DNA of 61,439 nt, filler included, from Circinaria calcarea (GCA_051942165.1; 14 parts of 14 records of this genome joined end to end with filler, not necessarily neighbours in it); one strand, 5' to 3'; shown: positions 1 through 13,436, counted from the whole stretch's first letter. Notes: generated by a model from the letters alone, not told the origin. Numbers and translations: made by a program.

Positions 1-1284
1 CCCTTCCCCCACACCAATGCGCCATAACCAGCCCCTCTGCTCCCTCTACAAAAGACACAATATTCCCTACGACAAATAGGCAGAGTTCCTACCCATATCT
101 CCCTTATTGCTCGGCGTTCCGAAGAAACTCTCTGGAGATGAGGCGGTAGCTAGGAGGCCCAGTGCGGAAGCTAAGACTTGTATCCCAAAATCAAGGTACC
201 TATACAGACACCATGCCCTCGAATCCACCGCATTTTATACACTGAACGTCTCATCCTTAGATAAGGTACCTTGCTCCCTTAACTGCAGATACTTAACCCT
301 CTACATACCCACCTTACATCCCCTACTCCCACCCTACCCCTCCCGTCCTCTTCCCCCCTTTTCTGCGCCATTACCCCAAGAAGCGAAAGCCGAAACAAAA
401 GGCACCATAACCCCTGCGTAGATCCATGCCTGGAAAGCATGGAAGAAGATAAAGCTAGCATTAGCTGGATAAACGGATGGGTGAACGAAGGCGAGGACGG
501 GGAGGAGTAGTAGGGGAAGAGGAGTAAGAGAGGTGGGAAGGGAAAGAGGTTCGTAGCCTACCGTTGTATGAGTTTTGGGGTGGGGAGGAGTTGAAGGATG
601 TGTGATGGGTGAAATCATAGATAGTGGAATTACCGGCTCGCCAGCCCAGTATGTCATGGGGTCAGCCCTAGGCCACCCCTGACGGGTGCGTCGGCCCGCG
701 CAGCCCTACGGGCATGTATTTAGCTTCTTGCAGCCATTCTGGCTACACGATATCCGTCTTACACTGAATACACATACTATGCACTTGAGAGCACGCCTTT
801 CACTACGTGACAAAGTATCTTTCCAGTCTTGGGGGAACAATCAGTGCGCCACCTTGGGGAGGCTACAGGTTAGCGTCATGTAGATACCATTACAATATCA
901 AGCCATCACGTATGAAAAGTAGGGCCGATGAGAGAAACATATCAAGACCAAGAGCTTGGGCAAAGATCTAGCGAGCGAGAGCTCGACGATCGCCAAAAGA
1001 CAGATTTTTTTTTCGTAGCCCGAGTCAGGCAATTGACAAGGTACGAAACCGCGGTTGACCACGCTTTTCAAAGCATGACAAAAGTTACCTAGTAAAAAGA
1101 GGCACAAAACTACCGTTTTCCCAATTTCTTGCGAGTTTCGCGCCATGATCAACACCGCCATAGCCAAACATCCAAAGGGATCATTCCCATCTCCTTTAAA
1201 ACCAACCTTCACCATCGCGTCCAGGTCATCACTCATAACAGTCGAATTGTCCGTCAGTACCGTGTTTGATGACTATGTCAACAA

Positions 1285-4200
1285 CTAGATGTAGAACATG
1301 CTGTTCTTGATATCTTCATGGACATCCCTAGTCCAACGGGCTCTAGCCCAGTCGAAACTCATGTCGCTTCTACCAGAATTGAAGACATTGTCGAGGTAGC
1401 AACGCGCTCTTTCAGCAAGTATGTCAGCATAGTAAGCTGGAGGACAAATCGAGACTGATTTGGTAGCCCTGCCGAACAGGTAACACAGATTATGAGTCTA
1501 AAGGCACGGTCAGTCTCCGCAGACGGTTACACTGCAGTCAATGATACGTACCAGTTGTTCTAGTGCGTCTACCTTGATTCCGATTTGATTTTGAATGACG
1601 ACGTAGTGAGCGGGTCTAGCTGTGCCTTTAAGACCATCATGCGCTTGGAGGAAAAAGTCCCAACCTCTCTCCATTGTGATACCTCGATCCACTATAGTGC
1701 CCGGATGAGGATTCCCGGATCTGGCCATACCGCTTTCGTCGGTTGGGTAAAATCTTGTATGATGCCTCTTACCAACAACGATAATGGTCACCAGAGGCTT
1801 CTTCTCATTGGCCTTGTAGACACGTTGGATGGCTTTGTCGAACGATGGAGACTCCTCATTCAGCACTGTCAAGTATTGTCCCTCGGAAACACCGTCACGG
1901 TACACAAGGATTTTGTTAGGCAAAGCCCCTTTGTTGTGATTTTGCCATGTTTTGAGGCGTTCCACTATCAAGTCTTCCAGACCTGAGACTATCTCTTTCC
2001 TACTCTCTTGTGCGCGTACACTCGCAGGCCACTGCCCACATCTCTTATCGACGCTGGCAACACATGCAGCAATGCTCGGAGCGCCGCTCTGGCTGTCCGG
2101 TGAAGGATGCGTCACGTCTATCCCCACCAACATGGTGTTGCCATCGTCCAGTATGCCCATTTTCTCTTTGGGTAACTGCTGGTTTACTCCGCCGCGTTTT
2201 AGGTTGAATTTGAGCGCTACATTAGCGAGATACTGGGCCGGGCCACTGCGACCATCCCATTGTTTGTTGACTGTGTTGGCAGCGACACACACGCAATGTA
2301 GTCCATGAGTAACGTCCGTCCGGAACTTAATTTTCGGGTACAGCCTTGTATCTTTCTCTGGGATTACCACGAGTATCATTTTGACTTTCGCTTGGCGGAC
2401 CATCTTGAGGAAGGCGTCGATAGCGGCATCGTGGGATTCCGTATCCGCTGGATTCAGGTTCAACACTGTCTGCGGCAAATTGATCGTCGGCCCAACACGA
2501 AGACCACACAACTCCATCTGCTTCGCCAATTGGTTTATGAGGTCCTTGGTAGGGAAGGATAAGGACCTTCGACCGTTCCATTGTATTTCCATGACCGACC
2601 AGTCTGTAATGTTTGCTCCGACACTAAACTTTATGCCCATCATATTCCAGGCTCCAAACCTGGGATTTGTATTTTGTTTAGGATTTGCGTACACAAGAGT
2701 AGGGGGTTTGAGGATCCGCCCAGGAACGGTGATCATCTGTGGCTTGATCTCAAGTCCAAATTTACTCTACAGTTTCAATCAGCTTGGAAGTTTCAGCTGT
2801 AAATGCAGTCAGAGTGAAAGTCATACCGGCCCATCCATTCGGTTCTGCCCAAGCCCCAAGATCCTCGCGCCCTCTCCGACTATCAGCTCTGCGTTAGTAG
2901 CCGGCTGACGACATGCGACATTGACCATATTCGCCGTTTGACTGCCTGACAGCTTCTTTCCAGATATCTGACCAGGCACAACATTACACAACTCCGGTGG
3001 TATCATAATCGGGTGCTCTTTGTTTCCGACATTGATCAAAGGCCTCTGTCCTTCCCTTAGTGGTATCCCATACGCTAAAATTGGTCAGCGTGGTAAAATT
3101 ACTGATAGACCTTCAATGACTTGCCTTCTTTGTAATAAGCCTCAACAGTGACTCGCTTCCTCTTGCCATCCTTCTCCCATTCAAACGTGGATTGTCTCGC
3201 GTTCGCACCCAACCCGACAGGCTTCGGAGACGTGACGAGGCCATAGATCACTTTCTTTTTGAATACGCCGTCTATTGTCTTGGATTTGATGTGTCTCAAC
3301 TCAACACGAACTCCTTTTAGGAATTTCTGGAGTTCTTTCAGTTGCTCTTGGTGATCTCGACCTCTGACAGTATCCAAAAAAGCATCCATGAGCTTAGTCA
3401 GTGGGCCAGCCTCATAGAAGGCCGCTGTGATTGAATTGACGTTCAGCAATAGTCGCAGAGTCGATGTCCTGACCGAGGTGTATAGTCCACGCAATGCTGT
3501 AAGTCCACCACCCAGAGAAGATGGCTGGTTATCGAGAGGAAAGAATTTGCCGCCTTTGAAAGCCGCGATACCAGTCGTGTTTGAGGGTAAGCGTGACATG
3601 ACGATATTCAAAGCTTGTAGGATAGGACTCTTGTCATCGCACGTAGTCCGGGGATCCGTAGACATAAGATACTGCATAAGGTTTGCAACAGAAACCGTTC
3701 CGTCCTGTTTGACCCTCATCTTATACTTCACAGCTTTCGGACCTTCTTCGCTCTCTTCCGGTTCAATGTATGGGATATTTCCCACCTGGAAGCCCTCAGG
3801 CCCAAGGTTGACCTCGACGCTGGTAATGATAATGGTCTTGTAGTCCGTGGCTATGTTCTCGGCCCCTATGGCTTTCGCTAGGAAGGGTGCCCTATCGATC
3901 AGAAGCTGGATCATGCGCTTTGACTTTCCTTTCGGATCCGGGTCGAAGTTTACGACATAGCGGAAGAGTTTGGCGTTTGGATCCGGAAGGGTAATCTGAA
4001 AATAGTTGGTACGTAGTACAATAGGAGTTCCGGTGGTTCCATAGGAAGGGCGTAATGGCAATCTCTTTTCACCCTTGATGCTTAGAGTTGATAGAGTCAA
4101 GCCAACCAAAGCATCTTCGGCCTTGGTAACTTCCGCAGAAGGCTTCTCAAGTTCTCCTTCTTGGGGTCTGTCTAAGTGTTAGCAGTAGTGCAGCAGCATT

Positions 4201-4313
4201 AAAACGGAGTAACCTCAAACCGGAAAACAACGGGGTCCTGCTTCGGTGGTCCTCGTGGACCGCCTTGCCCTCCACCGCCGCCTCGACCACCTCCGCCTCC
4301 GGTATACCCACCC
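1285..4313 (-). CDS. qde-2: Argonaute (QDE-2-like), N-PAZ-MID-PIWI, 5'-truncated by contig end
   Basis: PIWI motifs GIDVTHP, YRDGVSEGQY, KRHHTRF, FFLQAH, GTARPAHY, and last exon THNLCYLFGRATKSVSICPPAYYAD...NSMFYI* (stop 1285-1287). Inferred introns 1498-1551, 2767-2826, 3075-3124 (GC-AG) and about 4168-4220 restore one frame. Gly/Arg-rich N-terminus at the contig edge. Confidence 0.95.
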
Positions 4314-4413
4314 NNNNNNNNNNNNNNNNNNNNNNNNNNNNNNNNNNNNNNNNNNNNTTAATTAATTAANNNNNNNNNNNNNNNNNNNNNNNNNNNNNNN
4401 NNNNNNNNNNNNN
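4314..4413. other. Artificial contig-joining spacer (N44-TTAATTAATTAA-N44)
   Basis: Identical 100-nt spacers also at 8723-8822, 13130-13229, 17537-17636, 21943-22042, 26343-26442, 30740-30839, 35132-35231, 39523-39622, 43911-44010, 48299-48398, 52682-52781 and 57065-57164. The core gives stops in all six frames. Confidence 0.99.
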
Positions 4414-4414
4414 A

Positions 4415-4855
4415 TGGCTGGCATACAACGAAGATGGCTCGGAAAACCCGCCCGGCTCCTGGGGTCTTACATCTCCCGGCTACACTGGGAACTATCAGTT
4501 CCGGGTGGACTTTACCAACATACCGTACATCACCACCATTGCCCTCGAACAGAACATCAAAACATGCAACGGCACCATGTACGAGATAGCAATCACCTAC
4601 AAGCTCGGTTCAGACCCACAGTCGGGTTCTGGGTTGATTCTGGCATACGTAAATGGGGGACCACTGCTGCGCATCGAAGCGGGTAACACTCTGCCTGTTG
4701 GGCAGTACCACCGCGCTACAGCAAGGTTCACCGAACCTTTCTATCCGGGCCCATTCTATGATGATAAGGGGAAAGTAAAGTTTTGGTTTGTGGCTGATCA
4801 GTCGAACAAGGGGTACATGTACATCGATGACATCAGTATCACGCCTGTGCTGTAG
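4415..4855 (+). CDS. C-terminal part of a protein with a probable carbohydrate-binding (CBM4/9-like beta-sandwich) domain, 5'-partial
   Basis: Frame open from the contig start (WLAYNEDGSENPPGSW...SPGYTGNY...LEQNIKTCNGTMYEI...YIDDISITPVL*). The terminal YIDDISI strand is typical of CBM-cenC-like domains. Confidence 0.5.
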   Translation, partial: WLAYNEDGSENPPGSWGLTSPGYTGNYQFRVDFTNIPYITTIALEQNIKTCNGTMYEIAITYKLGSDPQSGSGLILAYVNGGPLLRIEAGNTLPVGQYHRATARFTEPFYPGPFYDDKGKVKFWFVADQSNKGYMYIDDISITPVL

Positions 4856-6090
4856 GCTCATGTTCTACATGAAGACGGCATCAGTCAGGCGCCGTGACTT
4901 GATTCATTGGACTTGGGGCAAAAGGCTGGACTCGGACATCGTCCTTTGGGAAAACGCTGCCAGGGCTATGTAGTACGTAGAGTTTATCTGCATACCTGCT
5001 CAATCCCGATAAATGCAGCTGCTGGGAATGTTCTGGATGGATGGTACACTCTCACCCTTCATCCATTATCCTTGACTTCTTCTCAGTAGTAATGGATCCT
5101 AATCCCTCACGCTCTCTGTCCCTTGATAGTGGGTCCGGGAATGATGTACTCGTATTCAAATAACCGAAGCCAGTCCCCACTGCGCTGAAGTCGTGACCTA
5201 GCCGGCCTAACGGAGTCGAGTTTCCACGATAATCGCTCTTCTAAACCTTGCTGGGATATATCCTAGCACATGTCCGGGTTTTATTCGCTTATACGGCCTC
5301 CCGTTTTTACAAGTCTCAGTTTGTTGAATATACAATGCGAATCGGTATTCATTATCGCCACTACTACTCGAATCTAGAATACATGTGGGGAAAAACGACT
5401 AATTTATAACCGTTTTACCAAGGTTTCCCCACCCCTGAACTATACCATACCTAATACGGTATTTCCTTTCCTCCGAATATACATATCTGAATGTTTTATG
5501 CACGCCGAATCACCGTTCGGTATTTCGCTCAAGGAATCATCTCGTGATTATTAATTCGTAATCGCTTAATTGTAACACAGCTGTACCGAGAATACCGAAT
5601 ACCACTAGAGTTTGTGGAAGGCTTTGGATTATAGGAGCTTATTTTCGCAAACTGCTGTGGGAGAGCTTGGCGACGTGATCCACCCGAGGCGGGGTTCTGT
5701 GGGAGATTCTATTCTGGATTGGTATTGGATGGTGGGTTCTTGATAGTAATGGATCGGGATGACGTTTCTGGGATGTGGGACATCTATTTCCGCTTCTTGG
5801 AGCTCTGCGGGGTTGCTCCAGCTTGTATGGTTCCGCCTATAGCCTGTGCGTATGCGGGTTGGCGAGGCTGAGGGTGAGGTTTTTAAGAGTTCGGTATGGT
5901 GGTGTGGTGGGGTATTGATGAGGCTGAGGGATATCCCCAGGGCGTATAAAGCTTCCACGACATCAATTCGATCTGGCTCGAAATCTCAAATCTTTCAAGT
6001 CTGTTGTGAAGCACTTATCTCTTAGTGCTATTCTACTAGAACTTCGGTGTGGATACGAGTCTATATTTGTTACTAAATAATATAGGTACA

Positions 6091-8722
6091 ATGGAACTAG
6101 AGTCTACAATATGGCATTGCGGTCATTGCAGAGCCGGTCCCATGTCTTTGTCCATTGACTCGGCTTGCTGGAATTGTGGTCGACAGAGAGATGGCTATGC
6201 GATATATGAGTCATTTCCAAGTCCGGCAACCCAAGCTCGGAACCCGGCACGAAAGCGAGCATTCGCGCCACAGGATCCCGATACGCCTGCGGCTGTCTCT
6301 TCTAAAAAACTCAAAGATGGAGGTCTTATTTCTGGCTCCACTCCAAACCAAGCCTCTGTATCCTCTGTCTCATCGATACATAGGACAACTCCCCCGAACC
6401 TGTCAGCTGATGAGAATCCTTCTGCTTCCTTTTATACCAGTCATCAGTTCAGCGTACCGTCCGAGTCTGAGGTACAAGAATGGTTTGAAGAAATCACAGC
6501 TCCGTTTCGAGGCGAGCTGTATCCGGAGCCTACTTCGCCAGGGTCAGATGCGCTACCGCAGGAATCAATCCACCAATACCTCCATGGACCGCGAAAGTAT
6601 TATGAGAAACTCAGAGACCTCAGAGATAAAGTCTATCGGTATTCTGCTTTAGCCTCACTGTCAAATCTCACTGCATTATCGAATCATGAGACTTTTTCGA
6701 ACCTGGTCCCAGAACAGGGCCATGGTTGGAAGGTTAGAACGGCTGACAGTGATCTCTTCGAGTACGGCCGTCAACCCTCACCTAATGTCTTCGGGCCCTT
6801 CCAGCCAGCTATAAAAATGAAGCTACAAACCTGTCGGAACCTTATTGTAACTGTCTGTTCAAATGTCAGGCGAATTGAGAACGCGGGGTTCGTTCAAAGC
6901 CAGATAAGTCTCCTGATAATGGACAGGGATCGTTCAGGGGTAATAAGTCTCGTGCCAATGCCTGTTAAAGAGATATACGACCTAGCATACTTATTTGACC
7001 GTGCTGTGGAGTGTGTAAGGCAACCGAACTTTGTGGCCATTCACTTGGGATATGTCGCGGGGGCTTTAACAAGAGCCTGCCATAGGGTACTCCTTTCATT
7101 ACACTTATCAAGAATCCCACCGCTGATTGACGTCGTTGAGTACATTCATGAATATGGTGATGAGTGTTTGCACTACTGGCACAATACTGTGCTACTGCTG
7201 GATATCGCTGTGCTTTTTTATACTGGTGCACATGTCGATCCTCTTTTTGGGCAAATGCTAGAAAAATATGATCAAAAATTATTTCGAGGTGAAGTTAATT
7301 CTAGTTTATTTTACGGGATTTACATACATCAGCAGCCGCTTAGATGCATGGGTCCTCTTCTCGGTGATAGAAAAGTATGGACTTTTAGTCTGAATCCTAT
7401 TTCCTCGCACCAAGGACTCTACATCTCAGCAGCAGCGGATTCAATAGCTGACATCTGGGGTCCTATGTGGAAAGTTCATGAGACAGATAGCTCAATACTT
7501 CAGTATAATATTGGCAACGGCTGCATTGTCCCATGGAATCATGATGCGTCGGGAGAACATCCTCAGTTAAATGATGGCGAACGCCTAGCACACTGGATGC
7601 CTGTCAATTTGCTATTACGAGGGTTGCCTACAAGTGAAGTAGACAATCCCTGGGATCCTAGCGAACATACTTCGGGAAATGATGGATTTGAAGACGAGGA
7701 CAGTTCAGAAAGCGAGCCTAGCGACCAGGCTGAGATGCTCGACGTTGACAGTGCGGATCCTAGTCAATGCACTTCTTATGCTAAGGCGAATCCTTTCAGT
7801 GGCAATGAAAAACTCCTTATTGGGGCGCAGAAAATCCTCAAACTTGAATGGGACGAGTGTCGCTGTTCAGCTCAGAAATTCGCCCATCAGCTGAAAGAAC
7901 TCCGGCGATTACAATTCCTAGAAACTTCCAAGCTATTCCACTACGTTGATGCACGAACCGTCAATATGACGACCGGAAGCCACGGCCTTACATTGGGTGC
8001 AAACATCACTATCAAGACACAAAACAGCCGTTCCTGGAAAAAGGTATTGCTGGAGGTATGGGAAAATCAGCCTGAATCCCGTCATCCGAAAATCTTGGAG
8101 AACTTCTGGGGTGTGTGTATATCTTTGTGCACTGGGAATGCTCAACGAGTTCGCATGATTGAGTTGTTAAGGACAGAGAGCATCCGCCAGCTGCTAAAAC
8201 CTTTCCATTGGAGTGACAACACTATCAAAGAAAATTTTTACAGCGCGGTCTCTAGCACCGATCCCTTTGCTCTACGTGCGATTTGGGACAGAGAAGAGCA
8301 CTGGCAAGAGGAACTCGGTAGGGCTCTTCTTACCTGTCTGAGGGCATTGTGCCAAACAGGATATGATGACGACCGGGAAGAGTTCTATGCCCTTTGGATG
8401 TCTTCCAAGAGTAGCCGGCCCAAAAAGGTGGCGCTTAGCCCATCTGAACACAGTTGGGTCCGCCTACTGCGAGACTCTGAGGACTCCTGTGCCACTGCGG
8501 TCGTGGTAAAGGAGTGCTTGGGCATATTTTCTAAGCATAACCGGGTACAGAAATGCCAACACAACAGAGGCTGGTCTGCTCCGTCTAGGCTGGAAACTGC
8601 AATCGTCATCAACCATAGAATCTCCGATCCGCTGATGAAGAGGCAGTGCTCAGAAGACTTGGAGGAATGGCGTAGAGCAGACCACCTGTGGCGAATGAGT
8701 TGGGATGTTTCGAAAATCATGC
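6091..8722 (+). CDS. Large fungal hypothetical protein with N-terminal Cys4 zinc-ribbon-like motif, 3'-partial
   Basis: Uninterrupted ORF of over 870 codons. N-terminus WHCGHCRAGPMSLSIDSACWNCGRQRD, followed by a low-complexity linker and globular-looking segments. No known catalytic motif recognised. Confidence 0.75.
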
Positions 8723-8865
8723 NNNNNNNNNNNNNNNNNNNNNNNNNNNNNNNNNNNNNNNNNNNNTTAATTAATTAANNNNNNNNNNNNNNNNNNNNNN
8801 NNNNNNNNNNNNNNNNNNNNNNATCGTACCACGCTCCTTTTCTCTACAGAGTCAGACATCTCACA

Positions 8866-11800
8866 ATGTCTAACTATCCACCTACTCCATCGTTCGGAGG
8901 TTTCGGGTATAATGGTCACTTTGCGCCGCCACCGCCTCCCGGTTCCAACAACATGATTCATTATCCTACCTATCCACAGCAAAGAGATGTGGTATATCCT
9001 CACCAAAGGCCTCTGGTTCCTCCAAGCATGTCTTACGGCAATGCATACGCTTTTAATACAAATGCTCAGACTACCAACCCAAATTTCCATGTTGGCGGTG
9101 TACATCCTCCACCGTCTCCTGCCTTTCAAGCCTATGGGCAACAACATCAGAATATCAATGTGCCTCAACCCCCAGGACCATTTCCCCCTATGCCCATACC
9201 GAATTATCCGGTTGTACCCCAGCGCTTAGCTACATCAGTAGCACAAGTCCCAAGCCCTTCTACTCTACAACCACATACAAGCCTTCCTCCGAAGCCTCCA
9301 CCACTATCAGCACAGGCACAGTCGCTTGGTCAGGCCGGTACACGTTCAGAGATTATGGACGGTGCAGATAGAGAAGATGGAGAACTTAGTGATGGCGAAC
9401 TACATCGACCGGGGCAGGCAACACATTCATCGGTGTCATCCTCTCGGTCTGATCTCGGTCGTGTTGGCAAAGCCGAGGCGATCTCTGATAGAATAAGAAA
9501 TAGTGGGCGGGACGGAATAGGAATTGCAGCAGAAGGTTTTTAAGCCTACCTATGGTCAGGTAAGAGCGGAATACTGACAAGAAGTTAGGTATGGCGCAAA
9601 GTGATTTCGTAAAGGAGCGGGTTGATGGAGGATCGCATGTGGAATCACTTCCTGTTTCCAAGCAGAATTCGATTTCTCCGCATCAAAACCAGGATCCCTC
9701 CACCAACATGCTTGAAGGTAGTGGGCGTCGGTCGTCGAACCAGCCGTTGGCAGATCACAGAATTATTGGTTCGTTTCCATTACATCTACTTCTACCTCTT
9801 TTGAATACCGTGCTAACATTCACCTTAGATTCACCTGACGAAGAAATCTCCTCGGTTCCTCAATCTTCCCTCCTCCACTCTCCATCACCCAACCAGGCGT
9901 TCGTCAACGGCCTCAGAGGAGATCAGTCAGTCCTGGAAAATCCCTCATCTGAGAATTCTCAAGCGGGCTATCATACTCAGCAGCGGTTATCAGGACCTGA
10001 CATGGAAGGCAAAAATAAACGCGAATGTGCCAAGATTGTCTTACAGGAACTATATGATAACAACATCGGTTTCGAGAAACTCTTGGCCGAGGGGATCGAC
10101 GCATCACTTTTACGTGAATTGTACCTTGAGCTTGGCATCGCAGTACCGAACTTGCCTTTACAACAGGTCGATCACCGCGACACGCCAAATGGCATCTCGA
10201 TTACTAAAGAAAATCAAGTTGGGGATGTCGCTACTTCTGAACTCATACCAATCCATGTAGGCCAACAATCTGAACGTACACTTGAGATACAAGGGCAGGA
10301 CACAACCGGTTTGACCCAGGGCGTTAAAGGTCAGGAAGTGCAACATGATCAAAATGCGTTACGCGACCAGAATGTGGTGCAACCAGCCCAAAAGACTGTC
10401 AATGTAGGTGCCGTCCAAGAACCTTCCAGCACGTCAAAACCCAACATTGCAAATCTACCCAAGAAACCTCCGATGGCTACTCCCGGCGATAAAGCAATTG
10501 AGCGCAAGGATTATATTGCAAAGATGCTGGCTGCCAAAGCAGGTAGAAACACCTCAACCGCCAAAGCTTCGAAGCCAGCTGAACCTTCAACCTTGCTAGT
10601 TGAGGTGAAGAACTCCGACAACACAAAAGAGAACAGTCGTGCTGCATCTCCTGTGATACTTACAACAGATTCGATGCCTGTTCCTTTGGAAAAGGTAACC
10701 AACACAGAAGACGTAAGAAGGGCGCAGACGGAACTTGCTAGACGTAAGATTGAGGCGCTCAAAACCCGCACCGAGCCTCATCGTGATGAATTACCTAAAG
10801 TTACACAAGAACTACCCTCTTCGCCTCTCCGTTCGAACCTGTCGAGTCTCTCCCCTCCAATGCAAGAGAGGTCTCCAAATATTCCACAGCGAATGTCAAA
10901 GGAACCCCCTGCTCCACTGCGTCTGCCAGCAAATGAGCAATCCATTCCGAAACCGAGCGCTACTCCACAGTTTACGCCATCCAGGTCCTTTTTCTCATCA
11001 CTCGGTCGGAGACCAGCAAATGGCATTCCTGGTCTGTTTTCTTTTTCCGCCCCAGTCTCTCCTCCTGTCAGCCAAGAACAATCAATTATCCCGGCTTCGT
11101 CTATTACCAGTGCCATTCAGGCAATTCCTGAGCAACCTACCATACATCCTCTAGAACAAAGTACAGATCAGCTTGGCGATGCTCCAATACAACAGGAAGA
11201 TACGGACATGGATGATATTCATGTCAACTCTCCGATCCCAGTCACTGCAAGTCCGGTTGCGAACTCTACCTCAGCACCTGAAACAGCCCAAGGACAATCA
11301 CGCAAACGCCCTACTGCTGCTGACTTTATCGAATCCCCTGCTGACAGGATCAAAAGACGTTTGGGCTCGAGTGAGCAAATAGATGTCTTGATTGAGATTA
11401 GTGAAGATGAGGACGATTCAGATAAAGATGAAATGGATCTTGACAATGTTTCAACAGCTCGAGTACCTCCCCCGCCTCTAAGCGTTGCAGAGAGTGCCAA
11501 GGCCAAAGCAATCCGCGATTTACCTCCGTTGAGTGATTTCCCATCACGAGCGAAGTCTCAAGTTAATTCATATGCGAGCACTCCACCGATGGTCCAAACG
11601 CCTGGGAAAGTAAAGGATCAGGAAATCCTCAAGCTGAAAGAAGAACAAATCTTACTTATGCAACGCAAGATCGCGGAGATGGAGCAACGAAAAAAGGCAA
11701 AGCAAGCGATCAGTCGTGCGCAGACACCAGGGATGAGTAGTCCAAGGCAGGTAGAGGTCAACTCCGACGTAGATCCACGGACAGCCTCATTGGACAAGGG

Positions 11801-13129
11801 GAATAGACTTGACCTCAACGTCCAGCAATCAATCAAGGCAGCCGATCAACAACTCGAAGCGCAACAAGCTGTACTTGTTGCAGCCGAGGAAGCTCTGCCT
11901 GAGAAACAAGAAGCGGAAGCTCGCCAGAAACAAGAACTGGAAGAACTGGAAGAACGCGAGAGACATGAGAGGGAAGAACGTGAAAAACAAAAAGGAGAGC
12001 AACGCGCAAAGGCGCTGATGTTAGCAAAAGCTGAGTCGGAGCGTGTTGAAGCTCGGAAGGCGAAAATGCTGGAAGAGTCGCAACAAAGGCAAAAACGAAA
12101 AGCTGAACTGGAGACTGCTTTGCCTGAACTCGACGTACAGCTCGAAAAGGCAAAATTTCAACTAGAGGAAACACAAGCCGGCATCGAGAATATGAAAAGG
12201 GAAATAACAAACATTGAAAGAGAGATTGAACGCGGCCTACAAGGCCGTCAAATCATTCTTCAACAACTCGACGACATTGCGAAGGAGGAAGAAAAGTTGA
12301 CAATAGGGCATCAGCAGTCTACTGATCATACAGAGAAAGACTTCGAGGCTACTGATTCACACATTCCAGGTAAGTAGAGGCCCTTGTATATCCACTGTCA
12401 AATACGTACGGTAGTTTTCCGCGTACGCGTCTCTTTGTTCGGTTCTTATATTTGAGTCATGAATTAGTAGATCCTTTGGCTGGAGCCAATCACGTGCAAA
12501 TAGAAACAAACGGAGTAGAGAAATTATCTACTGAACCGTCAATATTGTCGCCTTCTCCGAAATTCCAACCCTCTGGACATCTACCACCAACCGAAAAGCC
12601 CCTTCAGCACACCGAGACCGTTGATGAGATTATGGACATATCGAGTGCCAGCTCGAGCTCTGACGAAGGTGAAATCAGTGATGATTCGAGTCGCAGAATC
12701 TCGGTTGAGAGGCAGGTGCTTGCAGAATTTGACCAGAGTCAAGGAAAATTTGGACCAGATCTGAAGGAAGATTTTATGCCAGATGTTATGCCAGCACAAG
12801 TTTTCTACGCTGGAAGCAGCATATCTACGGAAGATGACCAGATGATGTTGGCTAGAACTCCTGAACCTACAGAGCTTGTTCCCCTTGCCAATGAGGAAGT
12901 AAACCGCCCACCGGACGACAGTCAAATGGAAGAACCACACGGCAAGATTAATACGCAAGACCAAGCCGAAGTCCATGATGAGGTAATTCTGGATACTGAG
13001 AGTGACTCTGATGATTATGAGCCACCGGAACCTAGTTCCCCTGTAGATAACCAAGCAGTATCCGTTGATTCGGAGCCATTTAGCCCGAAATCGCCCTCGC
13101 CGATTGTACAGAGTATGCCTGAGCAACAA
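8866..13129 (+). CDS. Large low-complexity/coiled-coil nuclear protein, probably Red1/ZFC3H1-like (MTREC scaffold), 3'-partial
   Basis: Pro-rich N-terminus, EDGELSD, ERKDYIAKMLAAK, RKRPTAADF and a long coiled coil. Probable introns at about 9536-9588, 9768-9829 and 12370-12469. The diagnostic C-terminal zinc finger would lie beyond the contig, so the family call is tentative. Confidence 0.55.
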
Positions 13130-13436
13130 NNNNNNNNNNNNNNNNNNNNNNNNNNNNNNNNNNNNNNNNNNNNTTAATTAATTAANNNNNNNNNNNNNNN
13201 NNNNNNNNNNNNNNNNNNNNNNNNNNNNNCCTGCATACTGCTACTGCTATCCCTTGGGCATGTCGGCGTTGACGCTAGCAGCTGTATCGCTACTGCCGGG
13301 GTGAGTCAGCACCACACCTCGGCGACTTGTCAAACTGACATTGGAACAGCCGGTGATGAGTTGCCCTGGATGCATTCGCCGTCGATACACACCTTCCCAT
13401 GCCATATACCTCAGCAACGTTGTTTGAGGACGAACC

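Noticed and set aside
1..1240. Short ORFs and purine/pyrimidine-skewed sequence downstream of Argonaute
   Set aside because: Low complexity with no recognisable domain; may be a decayed repeat, but no termini or TSD can be shown.
4358..4369. TTAATTAATTAA recurring every 4.4 kb, and ORFs ending in XXX-LIN
   Set aside because: Artificial linker, not a biological repeat; ORFs running into it are truncated genes.
1285..13129. RNA-silencing/surveillance cluster (Argonaute near Red1-like gene)
   Set aside because: The genes lie on different contigs placed near each other only by length sorting.
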